In this document: one piece after another, positions 36,479 through 46,838 of the stretch
How positions within the stretch are numbered: position 1 is the stretch's first letter
Layout: each line of letters starts with the position of its first letter
Sequence record: LR756504.1
Reading direction: 5' to 3' (one strand)
Length of the DNA stretch: 64,000 nucleotides
Program-made: the position numbers and the translations under genes
Notes under the pieces: model-generated
What the model was told of the DNA's origin: nothing
Database searches by the model: none
The model's input: the letters and a program-made list of their open reading frames with translations, nothing else

Positions 36479-36964
36479 TTTTTTAGTAATTACTACTTCA
36501 CTAGTTGTGAAAAAAACAGATACGTTATATCCCTTCCAAGAATAAATATCTTCACCTACAAATTTTAATACCTTATTTGGTATAATATAGTCATTATTTT
36601 TATTATGATATTCTGCAATAAATTGTAGAACATACCATTTCGCCCTCATTTCATATTTGAAGTTGTATATTCCATGCTTTTTAGCTGTATCTATAGCCCA
36701 CTTATCGGCTAAATATTCAAACATGTAATCAGGTGAACTATCATCTATTTTTTGACCAGTTACAATATGTCCAATTTCATGTAAACAAACTAAAAAATCT
36801 TCAATTGAATCAATAACGGGTATTTTAATCTCTTTGCTATCTACCCAAGCTCTTCCAACGGATGTTGTGAAACGGTCATTTAATATACTGACTTTGTAGC
36901 GTTTAGCGTAACGCCAAACAATAGCCTCAAGTTCATCGTATTTATTTTTAACTGATCTTTTCAC
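36446..36964 (-). CDS. Zincin-type metallopeptidase
   Basis: CLHEIGH (HExxH) followed by EYLAD. Confidence 0.7.
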   Translation of the reverse strand: MKRSVKNKYDELEAIVWRYAKRYKVSILNDRFTTSVGRAWVDSKEIKIPVIDSIEDFLVCLHEIGHIVTGQKIDDSSPDYMFEYLADKWAIDTAKKHGIYNFKYEMRAKWYVLQFIAEYHNKNNDYIIPNKVLKFVGEDIYSWKGYNVSVFFTTSEVVITKKLKSFSPKIFK

Positions 36965-37041
36965 TAAGGTTATATATAAAAATGACAGTAGAGTTTTGCT
37001 TTATGTGATTAATTTTTGAAAATAATTGCTTAAAAATCACA

Positions 37042-37218
37042 TTATTTTAAATTATTTTCTGTAGATGTTGGATTTATTGTATTTAGAGCATCCTTACCTT
37101 CATCATTTATCATATCAATAAAAGTTTGAAATTTCCACATTTGCCAATTATCTATTGTATCATCTGATAAATTATAAGGATATTGGTATAACACCTTCTT
37201 ATTTCTTAATAAGTACAT
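37042..37218 (-). CDS. Small baseplate hub assembly-like protein (T4 gp51-like position)
   Basis: Likely start MYLLRNKK at 37218; follows a gp26-like gene. Confidence 0.4.
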   Translation of the reverse strand: MYLLRNKKVLYQYPYNLSDDTIDNWQMWKFQTFIDMINDEGKDALNTINPTSTENNLK

Positions 37219-38206
37219 CAAAGGCATTTGGAAGCATGAAAAGATTTTTGAGTCTGATGGGGTATATTTTATTGGTGGTAATTGTTCGCTTACCCACATT
37301 TTTTTTTAGTCCTCTAATTCCTATTTTTAGATGATTTGTTATTAAGTCGTGAAGAAAGGAGAACTCATCGGGTGTTATATGATTCTCAAACCAATGATAA
37401 AATTCATCAAGCTCTTCATAAGACATATAAGAAACGTGTGGTTGTAAATATGGACATATTCTAAAGAATTCTTTATTTATACTTTCACCATTCTCAATTT
37501 TAGATTTTGCATAAACATCAAAACACCTTTGAATACCTATTGTAGGAGGTGCTATAACGTAAGAATCCTCTTTTAATTCAGTTTCAAAGACAAATGCTTT
37601 CTTTTCTTTAGAAAACCATCCCATTATATCCTCATTTCTATAAATATCCATATTAGCTCTAACTAATTCAATATCAACATTTTTAATATTTTCATCTTCT
37701 TTATATTCTACATTTACAGTAAGAACTTTACCTTTTGGAAATGTTTTTTCTCTAATCATGTAAATCATCCACAATCTATCACCATTGAATAAATTTGTGT
37801 AATCACCTGGTGTTCCATCTGGATGATTAAATAAAATGCAATTTTCTAAAATGTCATTTATTTTATCTTTAAAATCTAAAATGCTTGATTCATCCAATGT
37901 GGCAAAATGTTCGATTTCTTTTACTTTTAAATCTCTAAATTGAATTCTTGTACCAGTATAATAAAAATCACCCATAGGCAAATCTGATAATATAACATCT
38001 TCAAACATTATAGATTTCGCATTATTAGCTATCACGCTTGGTTTTGGTATAACCCTTGGTTTTTCTGCTTTAGGAATAAAAGGAGATACTACGGACTCTT
38101 TAGGTTGTGTATTAGGTAATGATGGTGGCGGTGTAGCATTATTATTTGGTTGAGATAATAAATTATCCAAATAATCTTTATATGAGTCTTCTTTTTTACT
38201 TGACAT
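37199..38206 (-). CDS. Baseplate hub / tail assembly protein (T4 gp26-like)
   Basis: LPMGDFYY...FRDLKVKEIE...GDRLWMIYMIR pattern; directly downstream of the tail tube gene. Confidence 0.5.
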   Translation of the reverse strand: MSSKKEDSYKDYLDNLLSQPNNNATPPPSLPNTQPKESVVSPFIPKAEKPRVIPKPSVIANNAKSIMFEDVILSDLPMGDFYYTGTRIQFRDLKVKEIEHFATLDESSILDFKDKINDILENCILFNHPDGTPGDYTNLFNGDRLWMIYMIREKTFPKGKVLTVNVEYKEDENIKNVDIELVRANMDIYRNEDIMGWFSKEKKAFVFETELKEDSYVIAPPTIGIQRCFDVYAKSKIENGESINKEFFRICPYLQPHVSYMSYEELDEFYHWFENHITPDEFSFLHDLITNHLKIGIRGLKKNVGKRTITTNKIYPIRLKNLFMLPNAFDVLIKK

Positions 38207-38290
38207 CGGTAAAAGAGATTTTTAGTTATATATTTGGTTTATGTGGTCTCCATAAAAAAACCTCTTAAAAAGAGGTTTTTATTATTTTAA

Positions 38291-38854
38291 TTATTGTTTA
38301 ATATCGTAATATTGGTCAACCGCATAATCTGCAACGAATTTAGCTGTACCACTAATAAATTCATTGTTTGTCCAGTTAAATGACATACCATTTAATCCTG
38401 TCAATTGAACGTTTTTGAATTCAGTTCTTCTAACAACTACACCTTCTCTATCATGAATATGCGCTACAATAGAACCTATCATATCTCTTTTGTAGTGAAG
38501 TTCACCTGTTTGTGTATTATGTGCTAAGTCATACCACTTCTTCATATAGTTCCAAGTTCTGATTGAAAATTGATTATCTACGTTAATGTTGAAGTTTATG
38601 TCAAAACTAAATGAAGTTTTTTCAGGTTGTTTCAAATAAACTCTATCACTAAATTTAAACTTTTGTGTACCTGTAGAAATATCTGGTGTTAAATCCAATG
38701 TAATATTCAAAGCATTGAGCATCATTATTCTGAAATCATCCTGTGTCAGGCCTAAAATAGTTGGAAATGTGAAAGTAACTTCAAACAAATTACCATATAA
38801 AGGCTCGTGTAAATCTGTTCCTGTTGGTGTCTGGCTTGTAAAATGTGGCAACAT
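38291..38854 (-). CDS. gp19: Tail tube protein (T4 gp19-like)
   Basis: 187 aa, beta-rich, LFEVTF, YMKKWYDL..N.QTG motif; downstream of the tail sheath. Confidence 0.75.
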   Translation of the reverse strand: MLPHFTSQTPTGTDLHEPLYGNLFEVTFTFPTILGLTQDDFRIMMLNALNITLDLTPDISTGTQKFKFSDRVYLKQPEKTSFSFDINFNINVDNQFSIRTWNYMKKWYDLAHNTQTGELHYKRDMIGSIVAHIHDREGVVVRRTEFKNVQLTGLNGMSFNWTNNEFISGTAKFVADYAVDQYYDIKQ

Positions 38855-38912
38855 ATTTAAAACATTTTAATTTTAATTATATATAAAGTATCGAAATCGG
38901 AAAAAAGAAAGG

Positions 38913-39182
38913 ATGCGAGATAGATGTTGGAGAAGACATACAGAAGATAAAAAAGTGCTTAAAAGACTCAAAAACTCAAGAATTTATCAGTTTTATGTCT
39001 ATTACCCACACTTCTGTGTACATACTATAAAATGGTATAATTTAATAGGAACACCAACGCATCACTTATATAAAACAACTGTTTCTAAGTATAAAAATAA
39101 GTGGAGGTGGGATAATAAGTATTATAGAACATCACATAAACAAGAATTTATTAACACATTAAAATATGAAGGAGTTTTATAG
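38913..39182 (+). CDS. Hypothetical basic protein
   Basis: 89-aa ORF. Confidence 0.55.
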   Translation: MRDRCWRRHTEDKKVLKRLKNSRIYQFYVYYPHFCVHTIKWYNLIGTPTHHLYKTTVSKYKNKWRWDNKYYRTSHKQEFINTLKYEGVL

Positions 39183-39714
39183 CTTTGAAGATTTTATTAT
39201 ATTTTGGTTAGAAAATCCAAATGGTAGTTTTACATTTAAAAAATATCATACAAATAAAAATATGTTATACATTAGTAATATAGCATTACTACCATTAGCT
39301 AGAATAACAGAGAATGTAGTTTATTTAGATTTTTCTATAATACATAAAAAAGCAATAAAGCTTATAATACCTATTTTTAAAAAATTGAATATCGAATTTT
39401 ATTTAGTTAGAAATTTTACTAAGTTCCATTTAAACAAAGATGAATTTTCTATTAGATACGAAGATTTAGATAACATGTTAGACAATTATATCAATAAAGA
39501 ATTCTATGATTTATTTAAAATGATTGAATTTGATATACAAATGCACATATTTAATTATATCAATACTTTTAATTGTCATTCATCATGGGAACAAATAAAT
39601 AATGAGAGGATTAAAAAAATAAAGAATAATAGTTATAGAAATATTGATAAAGAAATTGTGTCGGAAATATTATCACTTGATAGAAATTTTAAGATTTTCT
39701 CATTATTAATGTGA
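39166..39714 (+). CDS. Hypothetical protein
   Basis: 182-aa ORF ending LDRNFKIFSLLM. Confidence 0.6.
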   Translation: MKEFYSFEDFIIFWLENPNGSFTFKKYHTNKNMLYISNIALLPLARITENVVYLDFSIIHKKAIKLIIPIFKKLNIEFYLVRNFTKFHLNKDEFSIRYEDLDNMLDNYINKEFYDLFKMIEFDIQMHIFNYINTFNCHSSWEQINNERIKKIKNNSYRNIDKEIVSEILSLDRNFKIFSLLM

Positions 39715-39744
39715 ACGAATAATATAGAAAATAACAAAAGTCTA

Positions 39745-41586
39745 TTATGCACTCGGTTGTATAATAATTTCATCTCTTTCCCACACCCATTTAATATTTC
39801 CAGAATTCCAATACCTATACATACTAATATCAGACATAATTTGCTCTTCTGTTAATTTCGGATCAAATCCCATTTTAATTAATTTACCTTTAAAAAAATT
39901 AAATCTATGATGCCTTTTCATATATGCATCTATATAATAATAACCAGGTTTTGTAACACCATTGTCATCAAAACCTAAATTTGCATAAAAACCAACTCCC
40001 CAATTATTATCAGAGTATGATATTATACGCTTAACTTCTACCGCATTTAAAAAATGTTTAAATAACTTGGATGCTCCACCAACTACGGTTGTGTATTTTT
40101 TATTACAAAATCTTATTAATTCAAAATTACCCTCCACTCTTTCATGATTCATAAATTTTCTTAAACCACAAAATGACATAATTGACACAAGTTCATCATT
40201 ATAAAATAATCCATATTTATATTTACTATGCGCATATCCTTGAATATGATTTTCCTCTAGAAATTTTCTATATTGATTATTATTAAGTTCTCTAATTATT
40301 GTTTTTCTTGCCCAAATTTTTTCATTACTTTTACATAATAAATTATGTAATCTAGACATTATAATATCTTTTTTATTATTCCACTCATCTTGCCATATTT
40401 GTATTAATTTAATACCAAGTTCTCTACAATGTTTAAATTTATTTATATGATATTGCGTACTTTTAAAATCCTCATTGTGGTAATACATACCATTACATTC
40501 AATGGCAATATTTAATTCAGGTATATAAATGTCCAATTCTTTAGGTTTTATAATACTCCTATTACTTGATATAATTTCACCATTGTAAATTGATTTGACA
40601 TATTCCAATACTTTTAATTCAAAATCTGAAGAACTTTTAGGATTATTACACACTGTACATAATGCATGCATATCTTTAAATCTATTTAAAAATAATCCTA
40701 ATGAAATTCTGAAAGATTTATGTTCACATCTACTATTATTAGTAATGTCGAAAAAAATACTATAATTATTACTATTATAAATACCTCTATTTATATTTGA
40801 TATGTCTATATTATAGACAGTTTTCATTTTTTCTATTAATTTTAAATTAAAAGTGTTTCTAAAGTTTATTCTAAAATTTTCAACACTTTTAGCTCTATTA
40901 ATAATAGATTTTTTCTTTATCCCATCATTCAACATGGGATATTCAACACCATATAATTTTTTACTGGTTATCTTACATTTTTCGTAAATATTTTTGTTTG
41001 ACCAGGGATGTTCAACACCGTACTTTTCATTACTAGTATTTTTATAAGATTCTTTCCAACTATCAATATTTAATTTAAAAGAATTTATTCTTTTTTCTAC
41101 AAAATCTGGATTTTTACTAGGATTATCATATCCAAAATTAATTAAATTTGTAGATTTTCTTTTTTCATTTATTTCAGTTTGTTCATCCTGTGTTCTATTT
41201 TCTAATTTAGATTTAAACATCATCATCTTATCTTCATTAAAAATCGCATATTCAACACCATATTTTTCAATATTGGTATTTTTCCTCTTATTCATTATTT
41301 CATCAGAAGAACTTTGACATTTATTAGAACAATACCTTAAATATCCTAAAGTTTTATTTTTGAAATTTGTTTTATTGTTGCATTTAGAATTATTACAAAC
41401 TCCTACAGTTTTTAAATCGTGTATATACAGATAAACTCGCTCTTTAAATGGAATTTCATACAAATCATAGATTTTTGTATAATTTATGATTTCATCATAA
41501 GCATCTTTATTATTGGTTAAAATCCATTTTTCTTTTGATAGTTTACCATTGTTATCAGGTTGATCTAAAAATTCTTTTGTAGTCAT
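39745..41586 (-). mobile_element. Homing-endonuclease-like protein (KYGV repeats, Vsr/DUF559-like nuclease, C-terminal GNAT/Mom-like domain)
   Basis: KYGVEY/H repeats, ELDIYIPELNIAIECNGMYYH, ELIRFC...GGASKLF...ISYSD; lies between sheath and tube genes. Confidence 0.7.
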
Positions 41587-41623
41587 AATAATATTATATT
41601 ATGTTATTAATAAAAAGTTTTAA

Positions 41624-41658
41624 AAATAAAGGGGAATATAAATTATTCCCCTTTATTT
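41624..41658. terminator. Intrinsic terminator after the tail sheath gene
   Basis: AAATAAAGGGGAATA-TAAAT-TATTCCCCTTTATTT. Confidence 0.75.
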
Positions 41659-41662
41659 GAAT

Positions 41663-44600
41663 TTATCTAAAACCACCCGCTGCAATATCACCAGTTTTTA
41701 ATATTGTGATGTTGTTAACAATAATTCCCATACTTTTTACTGGTTCTACAAAAGTATCAAGCACGCCAATTTGTGCATCTATAATATCAGGAGTATTGTT
41801 TGTTTCGTCTATTACGTTGAAGAAATCGTATAAACCATTATCTCTAACATATCTTTGACAGATAGCATCAGCTTTAGCTTTAATTTCTTCTCTAACATCT
41901 TTAGTGTTAAATCTCCATTGATAAGTTAATAACATTTGGTATAATTCTTCTTCAAGTTCTACTAACACTTCTCTCACGTGAATGTAAGATAATGCTGAAC
42001 GTGGAGAAACTTGTGCAGTATTATCAGTTTCTATACAAAATCCTCTGTTCATTTTATAAACAATAGGGTTAGCATTCATTAAGTTTAAATTTTCAATGTC
42101 ATCTGGAGTTAAGTCCATTTCAACATTTCCGAAACCCGTTAAGAATCCATTTGTTAAACCCGCTGCAACAGTCCAAGGTTTAACAGATGCTAATCTTATT
42201 ATATGTTTTCTCATAAATGTATTAGCAACAAATGAAGATGGTGGTACATCTATTGGTCTACCATTATCATCAAGTGAAACGTGCGGGAAGAAATAACCTA
42301 CGTTTGATTGACCTTTACCTTGTCCGAATTCATATAAGAATGATGGACTCGACTCAGGATCACCACCTAATCTTATGAATTCAGTATTTAAAGTTTTATC
42401 AGAATTTATAAATATAGTAGATGTACTATTTTTAAATGCTTTAGCAGATGGCATATTTAATATACCAAAACATGTTAATTTATCACCACAAAGATCAACT
42501 AATTGTTGTTTTGAATTTGATGTTAAACCATTGCTCCATGGATCTACTAAATATCTCCAAGTAATTTTATTTCTATTAATTAATCCTTTTGATAAAGGAG
42601 TTCCTGGTGCAAGAACATCAAGAATATCACTTTGTCTTTTCTCGGAATTATCAGGCATTGAATCAGCCCTCATTTTAAATCCACCTAAAACTATAGCATT
42701 ATATGTATTTACATAAGATTCCATAGCTGTAAATCTGAATGTTTGCAAATCAGCACCAAATGATAATACATCAATTTGAGCATCAGTTGTAATTTCAACT
42801 AATGTTGGATCAGCAGCATAAAGTTTTTTACCTACTATTCTTGTGAGCTTTTTACCAATTTCACCTGTTTGTAATAAATCATCATTAACAAATGCTTGTA
42901 AATAATCGCCAATTTTAACACCATTATATCTAGCGCTATTGATTAAAACTTTATTAGTTGCTAATACAGCTTCTATTTCTAAACTTTCTTTAAAATTATT
43001 TCTCTTAGAGAATATTTTTATTGATTCGAGATTGAATGTGTCTGATATAGTAACAGGATTAAATAATTTATCAGAATATTGTACTGTTAAATTACTCCCA
43101 ATAAAATACATTTTCAAATATGTTATATCGGAATCATTAGCACCATGAATAGTAACATTACCATTTAATACTGCTTCAGTTTTTATTAATTCATTTACAA
43201 TAATGTCTAATTTTAAGTTGTATGTTCTTCCGTTAAAATTATATAATGGTTGTGATGAAGTATTAGTATCTGTTAATGTCATGTTAAGAACAGTGAATAT
43301 TTGATCATTACCAACTGAACCGAATAATCTTATTTTTCCAGACATTAATCCATGAACAATGCTATCAGCATCATTATAATATAATGTAATTATATCATTA
43401 CCACTCACTCTTTTGAACTCAACGTCGGGGAACTCATGGAAATATAAGTTAGGGAAGAAATAATCACCAGAATTAATCATACCATCTTTATATGATTTAT
43501 ATAGAGATGAATTAGAAGAAACAACACCATATCCAGAAGATGATGATGTAGGCTCAGTTTTAGTACCAGCTGGATCACCAGTGCTAGATCTAAATGTTAA
43601 TTCATCGTCCACAAAGAAAATCTCAGGTGTACCTGAAGTGCTTGTGTTAATATTAATTGATGGTGCAACAACAATTGTTACACTTTTATTATCAGAACCA
43701 TCTGTTCCAAATGTAATATCAGTAAGAATTATCTTTTGATTAGATACATTTTTAATTATAGAAATACCTGCTTTTAATTTAGATTGTAATTGATTGAATA
43801 TTGCTAATAATCTAGTTTTTCTATAGTTAAAATCACTATCAGAATTTTTAGTACCTGTAAATACAAATTCTATTACATTAGAAGATGCGTTATTAATACC
43901 ATAACTTATCAATATATCAGCAGAGTTTGTACCATTTGATACTTCGAAATCAATTGCACCTAATACTTGTATTGGCGCGGTAATACTTAATGTACCACTA
44001 GAACCTTGGCTACCTATATAAACTATTGCTACAGGTAGAACACCTGATGCAAGTGGTTTTAATGGCACATCATCCCATTGTGTTTGATTAGACACCTCGA
44101 ATCCATGCTCAACACCTAAATTACCATTAGCATCAAAGTATAAAGTATCTTTTCTAATTTTTCCAATTACAACATCATTAACTAAAATACTATTATTTAA
44201 AGCGTTGACTTTAACACCACTTAATATATAATTAAGAGATGTTGGAATTAAATTAATTTCAGAAGAATTAACTCCTGTAGTAATTAGAAAATCTGTAAAA
44301 GCTAAAGAACTTAATATTTTACCTTCATGATTAACGCCTTCGTGTCCAAATGCATTTCCAGCTCTATCAAGAACTTGTTCGGTAAATGTTAAATTTTCAC
44401 TAATAGATTCTTTATAAGATAAATATTCAATTGTTTCAGTATCTTCATCAACTAAATTAGAACCAATTAAGTCCAATAAACCTTTTGAATAATCAGATCC
44501 TTCTACAGCATCAATATCATATGCTACAAAAACACCAGTAGTATCAGTATCTCTATTAACTACAGTTTCAATGAAAATATCTCTACTATTAGCATTGTTA

Positions 44601-45409
44601 GCTTCTGCTTTGAAATAAGGTATTATTGATAAATCTGAATATATTTTTAATACATTTACTGATGGATCATTATAGAAATTAGCTATTTGATCTTTTCTCA
44701 AACCATTTGGATTAAAATATCTTGACCATTTAGTATCTACTGATAATGTTTTATAATCTGACCAATCACCCGAAACGACAAGCATAGAAACAACGTAATC
44801 CGATGCTAAATCCGATGGATGTAAATAAGGCGGAACTTTTGATTTTCCACCATACCAAACTTCTAATGTTTCATCATAACCTCTTGCAGTAGATTTAAAT
44901 AAGAAAACAGAAACTTTTCTATCACTCATATTTGTAATATGAAAGATATGTCTATTATCAGTTATATTCTCTTTTGCTACTGACAAGAAAGAATCAGTGT
45001 CTCTATACCAGAAATCAGATTTATTGAAAAATTTTGAATAAGCAGATTTTTTAACAATATCATTAGCAACATTTGATGCAACAGAAACAGTCTTCCATTC
45101 TAATAAATCTAAATCGTCATCTGTTTTTAATAAGTTTAATGCCCACACTGGACCATTACCTAAAATGTTAAGAATAGTTCTATGGAAAAAACAGCCTTTT
45201 TTCTCTAAAAATCTATCAATGTCTCCAAAAATTTCAATCAACTGTTGTGGATTTTCTATGAAAATAGGTCTATTTACAGGTCCTTTTCTAGAAAAGCCAG
45301 GAACAAGATTTATTAATGTAGTTTGCGCAGGAATCTGTCTAACTGAGGCATCAATTTCCCTGATATAAATACCAGGTCTTTTAAAATCTGCAATATTAAT
45401 GTTAGCCAT
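41663..45409 (-). CDS. gp18: Tail sheath protein with a large central insertion
   Basis: RPGIYIREID, GFSRKGPVN at the N-terminus; SALSYIHVREVL, DETNNTPDIID, FVEPVK at the C-terminus; 1248 aa. Confidence 0.92.
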   Translation of the reverse strand: MANINIADFKRPGIYIREIDASVRQIPAQTTLINLVPGFSRKGPVNRPIFIENPQQLIEIFGDIDRFLEKKGCFFHRTILNILGNGPVWALNLLKTDDDLDLLEWKTVSVASNVANDIVKKSAYSKFFNKSDFWYRDTDSFLSVAKENITDNRHIFHITNMSDRKVSVFLFKSTARGYDETLEVWYGGKSKVPPYLHPSDLASDYVVSMLVVSGDWSDYKTLSVDTKWSRYFNPNGLRKDQIANFYNDPSVNVLKIYSDLSIIPYFKAEANNANSRDIFIETVVNRDTDTTGVFVAYDIDAVEGSDYSKGLLDLIGSNLVDEDTETIEYLSYKESISENLTFTEQVLDRAGNAFGHEGVNHEGKILSSLAFTDFLITTGVNSSEINLIPTSLNYILSGVKVNALNNSILVNDVVIGKIRKDTLYFDANGNLGVEHGFEVSNQTQWDDVPLKPLASGVLPVAIVYIGSQGSSGTLSITAPIQVLGAIDFEVSNGTNSADILISYGINNASSNVIEFVFTGTKNSDSDFNYRKTRLLAIFNQLQSKLKAGISIIKNVSNQKIILTDITFGTDGSDNKSVTIVVAPSININTSTSGTPEIFFVDDELTFRSSTGDPAGTKTEPTSSSSGYGVVSSNSSLYKSYKDGMINSGDYFFPNLYFHEFPDVEFKRVSGNDIITLYYNDADSIVHGLMSGKIRLFGSVGNDQIFTVLNMTLTDTNTSSQPLYNFNGRTYNLKLDIIVNELIKTEAVLNGNVTIHGANDSDITYLKMYFIGSNLTVQYSDKLFNPVTISDTFNLESIKIFSKRNNFKESLEIEAVLATNKVLINSARYNGVKIGDYLQAFVNDDLLQTGEIGKKLTRIVGKKLYAADPTLVEITTDAQIDVLSFGADLQTFRFTAMESYVNTYNAIVLGGFKMRADSMPDNSEKRQSDILDVLAPGTPLSKGLINRNKITWRYLVDPWSNGLTSNSKQQLVDLCGDKLTCFGILNMPSAKAFKNSTSTIFINSDKTLNTEFIRLGGDPESSPSFLYEFGQGKGQSNVGYFFPHVSLDDNGRPIDVPPSSFVANTFMRKHIIRLASVKPWTVAAGLTNGFLTGFGNVEMDLTPDDIENLNLMNANPIVYKMNRGFCIETDNTAQVSPRSALSYIHVREVLVELEEELYQMLLTYQWRFNTKDVREEIKAKADAICQRYVRDNGLYDFFNVIDETNNTPDIIDAQIGVLDTFVEPVKSMGIIVNNITILKTGDIAAGGFR

Positions 45410-45541
45410 TATAATGATACTTTATTTTGTTTATATATTAAAATCTATATGCCAAAAATATCAATATAATCATTTTTAATAGGGTACTTATTCAAACTTA
45501 TCCTTAATGCGTAGTATAATACTGTGTAAAATAATAGATAT

Positions 45542-46363
45542 ATGAGAAATTTTTTTAAAATAAAAAGTATAAAACAATTTAAACTGTTCATAAAAAATAC
45601 AAAAATGAATAGTATAATTAAAGAAGATTTTCTAAAGTTGAAGGAATTTGCACCTTATAATAGCGAGAAGATAAATGAATTGAAAGATTTAAGAAAACTT
45701 GGTTTATATGTTTCTGAGTTAGTTACTTTGGAAATTTGGGAAAAACAAAAAGATATTAAAAAGAAAGTCTTAGCTGATTTTATGTATTTTAAAAATAGAT
45801 ATCCCGACTATTCGTATATTAGTGAAGACACACTGAATAATCTTCTAATCGAATACAATATTACTAAATCAAAAACAAATTCACATAAATTTAGTCTAAA
45901 TAATAGAGTTAGAACAAATTTAATGAATTTTAATTTAGATGATAGTGATGTTCATTTTTATATAGAATCTACTATATCATTTTGGTCAGCCTATAGTAGT
46001 ATAAGTAACTCATCCTACACACTAAGGTACATTAAACAAAATCCAACATCATTTACTCAAATAAATGAAAGTACTTATACATCAAATAGTGTAAATTATA
46101 ATAGGGATACCATGTATATTTTATATAGCCCACTTTATTCCGATTATATTATACTTCACCCAATATCAAGAGAAAGTAGAAAAGGCTTTTTAATAGTTGC
46201 AACATCACATGATATTAAAAATGAAATCAAAAATAGAACTAATGTAAATAATCGTGATGATAATATGACCACTCTTATAGAAGGGATAAAAGTAAAAAGA
46301 GGAAAGGATTTATCAGAAAATTTAACTGATGAAGAAATAATGGAATTGATAGATAGTCTATAA
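45542..46363 (+). CDS. Hypothetical protein
   Basis: 273-aa ORF preceded by AAACTT-N15-TATAAT. Confidence 0.6.
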   Translation: MRNFFKIKSIKQFKLFIKNTKMNSIIKEDFLKLKEFAPYNSEKINELKDLRKLGLYVSELVTLEIWEKQKDIKKKVLADFMYFKNRYPDYSYISEDTLNNLLIEYNITKSKTNSHKFSLNNRVRTNLMNFNLDDSDVHFYIESTISFWSAYSSISNSSYTLRYIKQNPTSFTQINESTYTSNSVNYNRDTMYILYSPLYSDYIILHPISRESRKGFLIVATSHDIKNEIKNRTNVNNRDDNMTTLIEGIKVKRGKDLSENLTDEEIMELIDSL

Positions 46364-46367
46364 TTTT

Positions 46368-46838
46368 TTGATATATAATAAGATGAAGAAAAATGATACT
46401 AAAAATTTTATAGAAAGATCTTTAATAATCCATAATGGTTTGTACGGCTACAATAAAACTGAATATATTAAAAGTACTGATAAGGTTTTGAATAATTGTC
46501 CAAATTGCTTATTATCAAAAGGTGAATTATTAGTAGAAAAGATATTAATAATGGAAAAAATAAATTTTATAAAACAAATGAAATTTGAAAAATGTGTGCA
46601 TAAAAAAATGTTAATGTTTGATTTTTATTTACCTGATTATAATATATGTATTGAATTTAATGGACTTCAACATTATAAACCCATTAAAATATTTGGTGGA
46701 GAAGATAATTTAAAGATAATTAAAATAAGAGATGCTATAAAAGTAGAATTTTGTAAGAAAAATAATATAAAATTAATTAATATTCCATATAAAGATATGG
46801 CTAATGTAGAAACCATTATAAAAAATAATTTAATTTAA
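46368..46838 (+). mobile_element. Small Vsr/DUF559-like endonuclease (homing endonuclease remnant) upstream of terL
   Basis: CPNC, SKGE, FDFYLPDYNICIEFNGLQHY motif. Confidence 0.7.
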
